Source of the DNA: Candidatus Electronema halotolerans
GTDB taxonomy: Bacteria > Desulfobacterota > Desulfobulbia > Desulfobulbales > Desulfobulbaceae
Assembly (NCBI GenBank): GCA_942493095.1
Contig: OW818675.1
Span: 420,001-452,000, forward strand
Reading direction: 5' to 3'
DNA length: 32,000 nucleotides
The position numbers and the translations under genes are program-made. This document shows, in pieces, positions 18,849 through 27,504 of the stretch. Position 1 is the first letter of the stretch; every line of letters begins with the position of its first letter. The notes below the pieces were generated by a model. That model worked only from the letters and a program-made list of their open reading frames with translations. It was not told the DNA's origin and did no database searches.

Positions 18849-19683
18849 GCACTGGCAGCAAGTCAGCTTCCGGCTTTCCGGCAGCCTTTTTGTCGGCTCC
18901 GGCAAATGGGGCTTTGTCCTGCCCTGCCGACCCTACTTGCCGGGCTGGACGCTCTGGGGCGCGTTTGTTATCTTGCTGAAGAAAAGCGGACGCTGGTCGG
19001 GCTGTTATGGCGAAATCGGCCAGCGGCTAAATCAGAAATGCTGGCTTGGCCATCTTTTCTTGCAGCAGGAGGACGGCAGCCTGTATTTGCCTGCAATTGA
19101 TCCCAAGCAGGGCGGCAAAACTGTTTTTGACTGGCGCGACCGCAATAACCAAGTTGCTGCCGGGCTGCCGCCCACGCTCTTCCGGCACGGCACGGTGCGC
19201 AGCCGTGAGCAGGGCCAGGAGAGCTTGCACAGACTTTTTCTCACTGAGACTGTGCAGCCCCGGAAGTATCGGTTGACCGGCATTCTCCGCTGCGACAGCC
19301 CGCCGGATGAGCTGCTGCATCCGGGCGACGCGCTCCGGGTCGGCGGCAATCGGCAGGTGAGCGGGGCCGAGATTGTCTGCGAGACCGTGGCAAGCTGCTC
19401 TGAAGAAATGCGGCGGAAATTCCTCAGCTACCAGCACCTGCGCTGCAATCCGGCGGACAATGCCTCTGCCCTGAACGGCGAGCTGGAACGGATTGTCCTG
19501 CGCCGCACCCGGACTGAAAACGGTTCGCGTGCAGACAGCAATGGCCGTTCTGGTTTTGGCCAGCATCACGTTGACTGGGGCCTGCATCTTGCGCCGGGCT
19601 GGGATGGGCCGGAAGGACAGGCGTATCAGCCTGCCAAGGATAAGCAAAACAGTTTCCGGCATGGCACGGTGGAGAAGGTCTGA
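18841..19683 (+). CDS. Type III RAMP protein, Cas5/Cmr3-like
   Basis: FRLSGSLFVGSGKWGFVLPCRPYLPGWTLWGAFV...PGDALRVGGNRQVSGAEI; last gene of the overlapping cas operon. Confidence 0.6.
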   Translation: MSEHWQQVSFRLSGSLFVGSGKWGFVLPCRPYLPGWTLWGAFVILLKKSGRWSGCYGEIGQRLNQKCWLGHLFLQQEDGSLYLPAIDPKQGGKTVFDWRDRNNQVAAGLPPTLFRHGTVRSREQGQESLHRLFLTETVQPRKYRLTGILRCDSPPDELLHPGDALRVGGNRQVSGAEIVCETVASCSEEMRRKFLSYQHLRCNPADNASALNGELERIVLRRTRTENGSRADSNGRSGFGQHHVDWGLHLAPGWDGPEGQAYQPAKDKQNSFRHGTVEKV

Positions 19684-19859
19684 GCAGCGGTTTTGCGAAC
19701 CTGAAGCAGACAGAAAAATCCGGGAGGTTCGCGGAAAAGCTGAACTTGTTGAATTGCCGTCAAAATCTTGTTAAAGGCCGCTGCAAAAAGGGTGCAAAAA
19801 GATGAGAATCTTTCGCAATAAGCGAGGTTCGCAAAAACAGGTTGATTTCTCTCATCTCA

Positions 19860-19876
19860 ACTGTATATTATACAGT
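19860..19876. promoter_or_regulatory. 17-nt perfect dyad ACTGTATA-T-TATACAGT immediately upstream of array 3
   Basis: Exact inverted repeat ending 4 bp before the first repeat. Confidence 0.6.
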
Positions 19877-19880
19877 AACT

Positions 19881-19987
19881 GTCACAATGACACTCCGGGG
19901 TGCCCTGGGTTGCGACAATTATATTTCCATTATCATCATATTCATATTGCCGTCACAATGACACTCCGGGGCGCCCTGGGTTATGAC
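19881..19987 (+). CRISPR. CRISPR array 3 (mini-array): two repeats, one 35-nt spacer
   Basis: Repeats at 19881 (3' variant TTGCGAC) and 19952; same family as arrays 1 and 2. Confidence 0.9.
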
Positions 19988-20002
19988 GGCAGCCGGAAAT
20001 CC

Positions 20003-20030
20003 GTAGGGGCGATTCATGAATCGCCCCTAC
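20003..20030. repeat. 28-bp perfect palindrome GTAGGGGCGATTCA/TGAATCGCCCCTAC
   Basis: Exact reverse-complement arms. Confidence 0.85.
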
Positions 20031-20191
20031 AATTTTTTGATATTTCGGTAAAAAAATAATCCTCTCTGGGGCCGCCCGGTATTTTCACGTCATTCCAGTG
20101 CGCGGCACGGGCAGGCACAGGGGCCTGCCCCTACAAATCCTGTGTTTTCTGTCCAATGACACTCCGGGATGCCCCGCTCTCCTTCCCGCCA

Positions 20192-20290
20192 CATCCTTCC
20201 CTGTTTCCAGCCTCTGCTGGACCTCTCGTAGCAGACTCTGCACCTTGAGCTGCGCAAACATCCGCAACACCTTTTCCCGTCAGCATCGTC
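20192..20290 (+). pseudogene. Degenerate fragment of the 5' end of a second cas6 copy
   Basis: CCCTGTTTCCAGCCTCTGCTGGACCTCTCGTAGCAGACTCTGCACCTTGAGCTGCGCAAACATCCGCAACACC matches cas6 from 8934 onward, with an in-frame TAG where cas6 has TGG. Confidence 0.8.
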
Positions 20291-20527
20291 CCCGACAGGC
20301 GCAACAGATGGCTGACAATCGCGGCCTTGAAAAAGAAAAACCGAAAATTTCTGAAGAGACATGAAATCTTGTCAATGATCTCACAGGCAAGGACTGGAGT
20401 CTTGAACAAGTAAGCGGCGGGCTGGCGGATGAAAAAAATTGCAGATATGTCATGAGCGCATTGCATCAGCAACATTGCCCGCGACAAGAAATAGGGAGGA
20501 GAACTACATTTACGCCATCATGCGGTC

Positions 20528-20836
20528 ATAATAACCCAGGGCGCCCCGGAGTGTCATTGTGACCTTCTAATAATCCAGCTGAAGATTTGGTAAAAAGTCA
20601 TAACCCAGGGCGCCCCGGAGTGTCATTGTGACTATCATGACACGCACAGGAATGTTGTTCGCAGTATGTCATAACCCAGGGCACCCCGGAGTGTCATTGT
20701 GACAGAGATGTCTATCCAGAGCTTCGATTGTTTGTCATAACCCAGGGCGCCCCGGAGTGTCATTGTGACCTTGTAAAAGCCCGGAAGACAAAAAAGTTTT
20801 GTCATAACCCAGGGCGCCCCGGAGTGTCATTGTGAC
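20528..20836 (-). CRISPR. CRISPR array 4: five repeats (the distal one degenerate), four spacers, transcribed leftward
   Basis: Reverse-complement repeats at 20528, 20597, 20668, 20734 and 20801; spacers of 33, 35, 30 and 31 nt. Confidence 0.96.
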
Positions 20837-20846
20837 TCTGCCTCTT

Positions 20847-20876
20847 TTTATACCCGTAAATTCAGCTTCCTGTCAA
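20847..20876 (-). promoter_or_regulatory. Sigma70-like promoter in the array 4 leader
   Basis: On the minus strand TTGACA (20876-20871), 18 bp, TATAAA (20852-20847). Identical to the array 1 leader promoter. Confidence 0.7.
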
Positions 20877-21090
20877 TACCATTTTGTAGTTGAACGCAGG
20901 GCTGCTGTCCGGCGAGGGCGTATTCCCCAAAAGCACAAATGCAAAAACAAGCGTTTTTATCTCGCAATAGATTGAAAATGATGCTATTTTCCTCTGACGG
21001 CAGATGCGCCGCCGTTGAATTGTTTGGATAAAAAGACAACATATTAAACAGGATACAGATTTCGTGTCCTGTCGGCAAGGAGAAAACAGC

Positions 21091-22557
21091 ATGGCCCAGA
21101 AAAAAAATAATTCCTTCAGTCTGACTTTGTTCGATATTTACAGGAAAGACCCGGACGGGCCGCTGCCGGAGCCGCCGACTTTTCTCTGGACAGACAGGGA
21201 CGGCGCAAGCTGGCAGATTCCCTTTCTTGAGCCGGATGAAACAGGCGGCAAGGCTGTGCAAAGCGCGCTGCACCGCCTGTACTGCCTTGCCGGACAGGTT
21301 TTCAAGGAAGATCAGGTTTTCAGAACTGCGCCGCAGAAGCTGCTGAACGAGCTGAACACAACATGGCAGGTCGGCCCTGATCTGCTGCCGGTCTGCTTTC
21401 CCCGCGCAGGCGGCTTCTGCTTGGAAAAGGAATACCTGCTCCTGTATCTGGAAGTGCAGCCAGTCATGCCGGAAATCAATGCGGAATGCCTGTCCCGGCT
21501 GGCGGTCATGCTGACCAACAAGCTCTGCTATCGGGAAAAACAGGTCGCAACACTTCAAAGAGAATTCAAAGCGCATCAGGAAGGCAGTCCGGGCCGCAGC
21601 GAACAGGAGATTGTCCAAGCCCATTTTCAGGGCAATGATGCCAAGCTGATCAAGGGCATCACCGGTGAAGCGATCACGGTCAGGGAAATCTTTGCCGACT
21701 TGGCCGGGCCGGGCTGGGAATCCATGCTTCTTGACCGCTTCCTCCTCAAATCCCTGCTCATCACCCCATCAGAAGATGCGGCCCCTTCATACAGCCGTGC
21801 TGATGAGGAAAACCTGCTGCGGCTGACCAGAGGCATGAATGAGAACTATCTGCCCGCGTCGCTGGAGGCTTTGGCCGGGCATGTCGTGCCAGTGCAGACC
21901 TTTGCCAATGTCCGCTTCTTCGCTGCCAACGAAGGGATTGCCGCGCATGTCAAGCCAGGGCCGGGGCCGGGACAGGATTTTCTTTGCACAGAGTTTTCCA
22001 GCCGAACGCATTCCGAATACATGCTCCTCTTTGTGCTGGCCGTGTATCAGCATTACCGGCTGATTGATCTGATCCGGGAGCTGGCTCGCTGCACAGCAGA
22101 CCTGAACGAGCATAGTTTGGACAGCCGCCGGATTGAACAGCTCCGCCAGCTTCGGCAGAAATTGGCTGTTCATGAGGTGAAATACATCAACACCCAGCCC
22201 GCCTTTCTGACCAATTATCAGCAATATTACAGCGGCCTGCGCCAAGGGCTGAATACCGGCGCACTGGCGGAAAAGCTGCGCCGCTCTGTGGCTGAATTAG
22301 ACGCGCTCTTGGCTGCCGAAGAAATGCGCCGGGCCGAGGAGGACCTTCGGGACCGGAAAGAGCAGAAAGAACGGGATGAAAAGGGCAAAATGCTCATGGC
22401 TGTCACCGCAGAGGCAGTGGCTCTGCCTTATTATCTGCACAGTCTGTTGGCCCATGCTCTGCATTTCAACAATTATGTGGCATTGGCCATAACAGGCATT
22501 GTCACCGTCGGCGTGGTGACAAAAACTGTGCTCACCATGCGCGGCAAAAAGTCCTGA
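21091..22557 (+). CDS. Hypothetical protein with a charged coiled-coil-like segment and C-terminal hydrophobic (probably two-TM) region
   Basis: MAQKKNNSFSLTLFDIYRK...; VAELDALLAAEEMRRAEEDLRDRKEQKERDEKG followed by hydrophobic segments LPYYLHSLLAHAL and NYVALAITGIVTVGVVTKTVL. GGAG ribosome-binding site upstream. Confidence 0.7.
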   Translation: MAQKKNNSFSLTLFDIYRKDPDGPLPEPPTFLWTDRDGASWQIPFLEPDETGGKAVQSALHRLYCLAGQVFKEDQVFRTAPQKLLNELNTTWQVGPDLLPVCFPRAGGFCLEKEYLLLYLEVQPVMPEINAECLSRLAVMLTNKLCYREKQVATLQREFKAHQEGSPGRSEQEIVQAHFQGNDAKLIKGITGEAITVREIFADLAGPGWESMLLDRFLLKSLLITPSEDAAPSYSRADEENLLRLTRGMNENYLPASLEALAGHVVPVQTFANVRFFAANEGIAAHVKPGPGPGQDFLCTEFSSRTHSEYMLLFVLAVYQHYRLIDLIRELARCTADLNEHSLDSRRIEQLRQLRQKLAVHEVKYINTQPAFLTNYQQYYSGLRQGLNTGALAEKLRRSVAELDALLAAEEMRRAEEDLRDRKEQKERDEKGKMLMAVTAEAVALPYYLHSLLAHALHFNNYVALAITGIVTVGVVTKTVLTMRGKKS

Positions 22558-22579
22558 ATCGCGAAAAGCTCGCCGCCCA

Positions 22580-25500
22580 ATGCGCATCAGCCAATCCAAC
22601 CGCCTTGAAAAGCTGCTCGCCGCCCTCTGCAAGGTGCTGGCCGAGCCGACAAGCAGCCCGCTTGCCCCGGAACTTGTTGTGGTGCAAAACCCCGGCATGG
22701 CCCGCTGGCTCTCCCAGCAAATCGCCCTGCACAGCGGTATTTGCGCCAATATCTCTTTTCCCCTGCCCGCCTCTTTTATCTGGAGCATTTTTGCCAAAAC
22801 TCTTGGCGGCCTGCCTGACCTGAATGATTTCAAAAAAGAAATCCTCCTCTGGCGCATTCTCAACCAATTGGAGAGCCTGCCTGAGCCGCCGCCGGAAATC
22901 AGCAGCTATCTGCACGAAGACCGGGACGGCGGCAGACGCTTCCAGCTTGCCGGGAAAATCGCTGATCTCTTTGACCAGTACCTTGTCTTCCGCCCGGAAA
23001 TGACCCTTGCGTGGGAAAAGGGACAGGACGAGCACTGGCAGGCCCGGCTCTGGCGGCAGCTAACTGAAGGTGGCGAAAGCAGGCATCGGGCCGGAGTGCT
23101 GGAACGCTTCCGGCTGGCTTCGGACAAAGGCATCCTGCGCACCGAAGCACTGCCCAAGCGGGTCTGCATTTTTGGCATCAACTCGCTTGCTCCGGCCTAT
23201 CTGGAAGTCATCCGCCGGATCAGCGCGCATATCGACATCCGCATTTTTCATTTCAGTCCCTGCCAAGAGGCTTGGGACGACATCATGCCGGAACGCCTGA
23301 TCGCCCTGCGGCGGCAGGGCTGGCGCAGACGCAGGACAGCCGACCTCAGCCCCTATTACAGCTCCGGCAACCCGCTGCTTGCCTCGCTCGGCGGCTTAGG
23401 GCGGGAATTCTTCAAAATGCTGATGGAGATGAATCCGGCTGCCGAGGAGGAAGACCTTTACGACGATCCGCCGCAGGATGCCTTGCTCGACCGGCTCCAA
23501 GCAGACATCCTTGAGCTGCGCGACCGGGGCGGCGAGGACGAGGAGCGGCCTGTCCTCAGCCCGGCTGACCGCTCCATCCGCTTTCACTCCTGCCACAGCC
23601 CGATGCGGGAAATTCAGGTCCTCCATGACCGCCTGCTTGATCTTTTTGAAGCTGATCAAGACCTGAAACCAGCAGACATTTTAGTCATGGCCCCGGACAT
23701 CAGCCGCTATGCGCCTGCGGTGGCCGGAGTCTTTGGCTCGGCGGAACAGCGGCTGCGCATTCCTTGGTCAATTGCCGATCAGCCGCGCCGCGAGGAAGAG
23801 CCGGTGCTGGAAGGCTTTCTCGGCCTGCTCCAGCTTGTCAGCAGCCGCTGCACAGCCCCTGATGTGGCGGCAGTGCTGGAGAATCCGGTCATTCTCGCCC
23901 GCTTCGGCCTGACAGAAAACAAGGTGCCGCTCCTGCGCAGAATGATCAGCAGCGCGGGCATCCGCTGGGGCTTGGAGCAGAACAGCAAAAAGGACGCGCT
24001 CCACACCTGGGAGGCGGGCTTGGAACGGCTCCTGCTCGGCTGCCTGACCGGGAGACTCGATCAGCCGTGGCAGGGCATCATGCCAATCAGCGGCGGCCTG
24101 AGCGAGGGCGGCGATTGGCTGGGCAGCTTGGCTGAGTTCATCCGCAGCCTGCAACGGCTCAAGAGGCAGACTGCCCGGCCTCTGCCGCCCGCAGGCTGGG
24201 CCGGTGTTTTTATCCGCCTGATCAGCCGCTTTCTTGACAATGGCAAGCGCGAGCACGAGGAAGGACTGCTCCTGCTCCGGCAGCAGATTGCCGAGTTCCT
24301 TGAAAATTGCCGCCAAGCTGATTTTGAGCAGCCCCTCAGTCTTGCCGTGGTGCGCCGCCATTTCCAGCAGCTTCTGACGGCCCCGGCAGGCGGACAGGCA
24401 TTCTTGGCCGGGCGCGTCACCTTCTGCAATATGGTACCCATGCGCTCAGTGCCGTTCAAGGTGATCTGGCTGCTGGGCATGAACGATGCAGATTTTCCTC
24501 GGTCGCAGCAACCCTACAGTTTTGACTTGATGGCAGAAAATCGTCAGCCCGGCGACCGTAACCGCCGCGATGATGACCGTTATCTCTTCTTGGAAGCCTT
24601 GCTCTCAGCCCGCCGTCATTTCATTGTCTCGTGGCTGGGCCGCGACCAACGCGACAACGCGCCCCGGCCTCCCTCAGTGGTGGTCGCCGAGCTGCGCGAT
24701 TACATCAACCGGGGCTGGCGGACAGCGGACGGACAGCCTGCCGCTGAATGGCTAACTGACAGGCATCCGCTTCAACCATTCAGCCGCCGCTGTTTTGATG
24801 GCAAATATCCTCATATCGCTTCGCATCGGGAAGAATGGCTGCCCGCTTCCGATACTAACAACGCTGCCCCAGCCTTTGCCAGCCGTCCCCTGCCTAAGCC
24901 GGAGCAGTGGGCGCGGCAGATTGACCTGAGCCAGCTTGTCCGCTTCTGGCGGCATCCAGTCCGCTTCTTTTTAGAACAGCGGCTCAATCTGCGCACGTTC
25001 CAAACAGAGGAGCTGCTCCTGCCGGAAAGTGAAACCTTTCTGCTCAATGAGCTGGAAAAATACAGCTTTGCCGAGGAAATCCTTGGTGAGCTGCGCTGCG
25101 GCAGACCGGACTGCGCCGCGCCCCTGCACCGGCGGCTGGCTGCGGGCGGCCTGCCAGGCGGCTGCTTCAGCCAGTTCCTGCACCAGAAGCTCAAGACCGA
25201 GGCTGTAGAATTGGCCGCCAAAGTGGAGGCGCAGCTCCGGCAGCCCGTGGAGCCAGTGGAAATCAGCCTGACTGTTGACGGAGTGCGGCTGACCGGAAAA
25301 ATCACCTCGCTCTGCCGCTGCGGGCGGGTCACGTTCCGGCCTGCCAACCTCAAGGCCAAGGATCTGCTTCAGCTCTGGATTCACCACTTGGCCCTGCTCC
25401 TGCATCAGCCTGCCAAGGTGGAGCTGTGTTCCTTTCACGCGGCCAAAGACAAAATGATCCGCCTGCATGAGGTGCCTGATCCTGAGACTGAGCTGATCAG

Positions 25501-25774
25501 ACTGATTCAGCGTTTTCAGCAAGGCTGCTGCGAGCCGCTCCATTTCTACCCAGAAACGAGCTGGGCTTGGGCGAAAAAGGCGCAGTCACCAAGAGAGGCA
25601 ATGGCTGAGGCCAGAAAGAAATGGCATTCCGGCTATCTGCCCGGCGAGCAGGAAGACCCGGCATACCAGCTCGGCCTTCGCGGTCATGCGCCTTTAGATG
25701 ATCAGCAGTTTGCAGAGCTGGCAGCACTGCTGCTGCCCTTGCTGGAAGGAATGGAGAATGTGAAAATGGAATGA
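22580..25774 (+). CDS. recC: Exodeoxyribonuclease V subunit gamma (RecC)
   Basis: 1064 aa: ELVVVQNPGMARWLSQQIALHSGICANISFPLPASFIW...VTFCNMVPMRSVPFKVIWLLGMNDADFPR...RYLFLEALLSARRHFIVSWLG. Confidence 0.95.
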   Translation: MRISQSNRLEKLLAALCKVLAEPTSSPLAPELVVVQNPGMARWLSQQIALHSGICANISFPLPASFIWSIFAKTLGGLPDLNDFKKEILLWRILNQLESLPEPPPEISSYLHEDRDGGRRFQLAGKIADLFDQYLVFRPEMTLAWEKGQDEHWQARLWRQLTEGGESRHRAGVLERFRLASDKGILRTEALPKRVCIFGINSLAPAYLEVIRRISAHIDIRIFHFSPCQEAWDDIMPERLIALRRQGWRRRRTADLSPYYSSGNPLLASLGGLGREFFKMLMEMNPAAEEEDLYDDPPQDALLDRLQADILELRDRGGEDEERPVLSPADRSIRFHSCHSPMREIQVLHDRLLDLFEADQDLKPADILVMAPDISRYAPAVAGVFGSAEQRLRIPWSIADQPRREEEPVLEGFLGLLQLVSSRCTAPDVAAVLENPVILARFGLTENKVPLLRRMISSAGIRWGLEQNSKKDALHTWEAGLERLLLGCLTGRLDQPWQGIMPISGGLSEGGDWLGSLAEFIRSLQRLKRQTARPLPPAGWAGVFIRLISRFLDNGKREHEEGLLLLRQQIAEFLENCRQADFEQPLSLAVVRRHFQQLLTAPAGGQAFLAGRVTFCNMVPMRSVPFKVIWLLGMNDADFPRSQQPYSFDLMAENRQPGDRNRRDDDRYLFLEALLSARRHFIVSWLGRDQRDNAPRPPSVVVAELRDYINRGWRTADGQPAAEWLTDRHPLQPFSRRCFDGKYPHIASHREEWLPASDTNNAAPAFASRPLPKPEQWARQIDLSQLVRFWRHPVRFFLEQRLNLRTFQTEELLLPESETFLLNELEKYSFAEEILGELRCGRPDCAAPLHRRLAAGGLPGGCFSQFLHQKLKTEAVELAAKVEAQLRQPVEPVEISLTVDGVRLTGKITSLCRCGRVTFRPANLKAKDLLQLWIHHLALLLHQPAKVELCSFHAAKDKMIRLHEVPDPETELIRLIQRFQQGCCEPLHFYPETSWAWAKKAQSPREAMAEARKKWHSGYLPGEQEDPAYQLGLRGHAPLDDQQFAELAALLLPLLEGMENVKME

Positions 25775-26049
25775 GTGCGTGATGGTGAACTGTAAGTGAT
25801 CAATAAAACTCTTAAATGAATCGATGCGCAGTTCTCATCAAACGCTCATCTTGGCCTGACAATTCCCTGACAAAAACTTGGCAGAATAGGCAGGCGAGTT
25901 CTGTCGGCGGCGGCGGACATAATGCAGGCTTCCGTCTTCGTCAGCTTGAATAAGACCTGTTTCTGTGATAGAGTGGTTTCTTTGTCTGCCCATCTTCAGA
26001 CTTGCATAAGGGCGGTTCGTAGGGGCGAAAAAATTTCCCCTCCTACGGT

Positions 26050-26136
26050 GAGCCGTTTCATTTCCGGCGTTACGCCATCGCCGTGCTGCTGCTCAATCTG
26101 GCGGCGCGTTTTATTGTGAGGGAGAGGAAAATATGA
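26050..26136 (+). pseudogene. Remnant of the C-terminus of the phosphate ABC permease (PstA-like)
   Basis: [28 protein letters not shown] followed by TGA overlapping the pstB start; only about 28 codons remain. Confidence 0.5.
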
Positions 26137-27008
26137 CTGCTGCCGCTGACGAGAAAAGGCCGCGACGTTTCACAGAAGAGGAAACCGGCGAAGGGGCCAG
26201 AATTGAGGCCTTTCTGCATCATTTTGAGGAGACGGAGGAGGAGGAGAAAGCTCCGGTCGCCAAGATTTCCACCCGGAACCTGAATTTTTACTATGGCGGG
26301 CAGCAAGCCCTGTTTGACAACAATTTGGACATTGTCGAAGGCCGGATCACTGCCATCATCGGCCCGTCCGGCTGCGGCAAATCAACCCATATCCGCATCT
26401 ACAATCGGATATTTCAGCTCTACGGCAATCAGCGGGCTGAAGGCGAGGTGATTTTAGACGGTAAAAATCTCCTTGATTCGGGCACAAACCTGATTGAGCT
26501 GCGCCGCCGGGTGGGGATGATCTTTCAGAAGCCGACTCCGTTTCCGCTCAGTGTCTTTGAAAATGTGGCCTACGGCCTGCGCCTGCACTTCAAGATGCCC
26601 AAAAGCGAGCTGAATGGCCGAGTGGAATCAGCTCTGAAAAAGGCGGCCCTGTTTGAGGAAGTGAAAGACAAGCTGGACCAGCCCGGCATCGCCCTGTCCG
26701 GCGGCCAGCAGCAGCGGCTCTGCATTGCCCGCACCATTGCCTTGGAGCCGGAAATCCTGCTCATGGACGAGCCGACCTCAGCCATTGATCCGGTCGCCAC
26801 CCGCAAGGTCGAGGAGCTGGCCGAGGAGCTGAAGGGCAATTTCACCATCGCCATTGTCACCCACAGCATGCAGCAGGCGGCCCGCATCTCCGATTACACC
26901 GCTTTTTTCTACAAAGGCGAAATCGTTGAATACGGCCTGACCAAGGAGCTGTTCACCAATCCCAAGCAGAAACAGACAGAAGACTACATCACAGGCCGCT
27001 TTGGCTGA
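26133..27008 (+). CDS. pstB: Phosphate ABC transporter ATP-binding protein
   Basis: GPSGCGKST Walker A; [24 protein letters not shown]; [33 protein letters not shown]. Confidence 0.95.
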   Translation: MTAAADEKRPRRFTEEETGEGARIEAFLHHFEETEEEEKAPVAKISTRNLNFYYGGQQALFDNNLDIVEGRITAIIGPSGCGKSTHIRIYNRIFQLYGNQRAEGEVILDGKNLLDSGTNLIELRRRVGMIFQKPTPFPLSVFENVAYGLRLHFKMPKSELNGRVESALKKAALFEEVKDKLDQPGIALSGGQQQRLCIARTIALEPEILLMDEPTSAIDPVATRKVEELAEELKGNFTIAIVTHSMQQAARISDYTAFFYKGEIVEYGLTKELFTNPKQKQTEDYITGRFG

Positions 27009-27024
27009 TCAGGGGAGAAACACT

Positions 27025-27504
27025 ATGGCGGCGCAAAAAAAATCAGTGCTCTTTGTCTGCGTGCATAATTCAGCCCGCAGCCAGATGGCGGCAGCCTTTC
27101 TCAAGCAGATGGCTGGAGACCGGTTTGCTGTGGCCAGCGCAGGTTTGGAGGCTGGCAGTCTCAATCCTTTGGCTGTGGAGGCCATGACCGAAGTCGGCAT
27201 TGACATCAGCCGGAATGCGACAAGCGATGTCTTTGACCTGCTCAGGCAGGAAAAAACATTTGACTATGTGATCACAGTCTGCGATGATGTGTCGGAAGAA
27301 CGCTGCCCGCTCTTTCCGGGCCGGGCCGAGCGGCTGCACTGGAGTTTCGCTGATCCGGTCAAGCTCACTGGCAGCCCGGAAGAGCGGATGAAGGAAATAC
27401 GTTTGATCCGGGAGCAGATTCGGCAGCGGGTCGCCTGGTTTCTTGAAGAACGAAAAATTTTCCCGGCTGCACTGCGGGATGCGCAGGGAGAACAACGAGC
27501 ATGA
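27025..27504 (+). CDS. arsC: Arsenate reductase / low-molecular-weight protein tyrosine phosphatase family
   Basis: [20 protein letters not shown]...[33 protein letters not shown]. Confidence 0.9.
   Translation: MAAQKKSVLFVCVHNSARSQMAAAFLKQMAGDRFAVASAGLEAGSLNPLAVEAMTEVGIDISRNATSDVFDLLRQEKTFDYVITVCDDVSEERCPLFPGRAERLHWSFADPVKLTGSPEERMKEIRLIREQIRQRVAWFLEERKIFPAALRDAQGEQRA

Noticed and set aside
20098-20364. 88-aa plus-strand ORF overlapping the cas6 remnant
   Set aside because: It is in a different frame from the cas6 homology and shows no independent protein similarity.
20131-20487. 118-aa minus-strand ORF near array 4
   Set aside because: It lies over CRISPR and cas6 debris with no coding signals beyond being open.
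20848-21624. 258-aa minus-strand ORF
   Set aside because: Antisense to the better-supported 21091-22557 gene and runs into the CRISPR leader.
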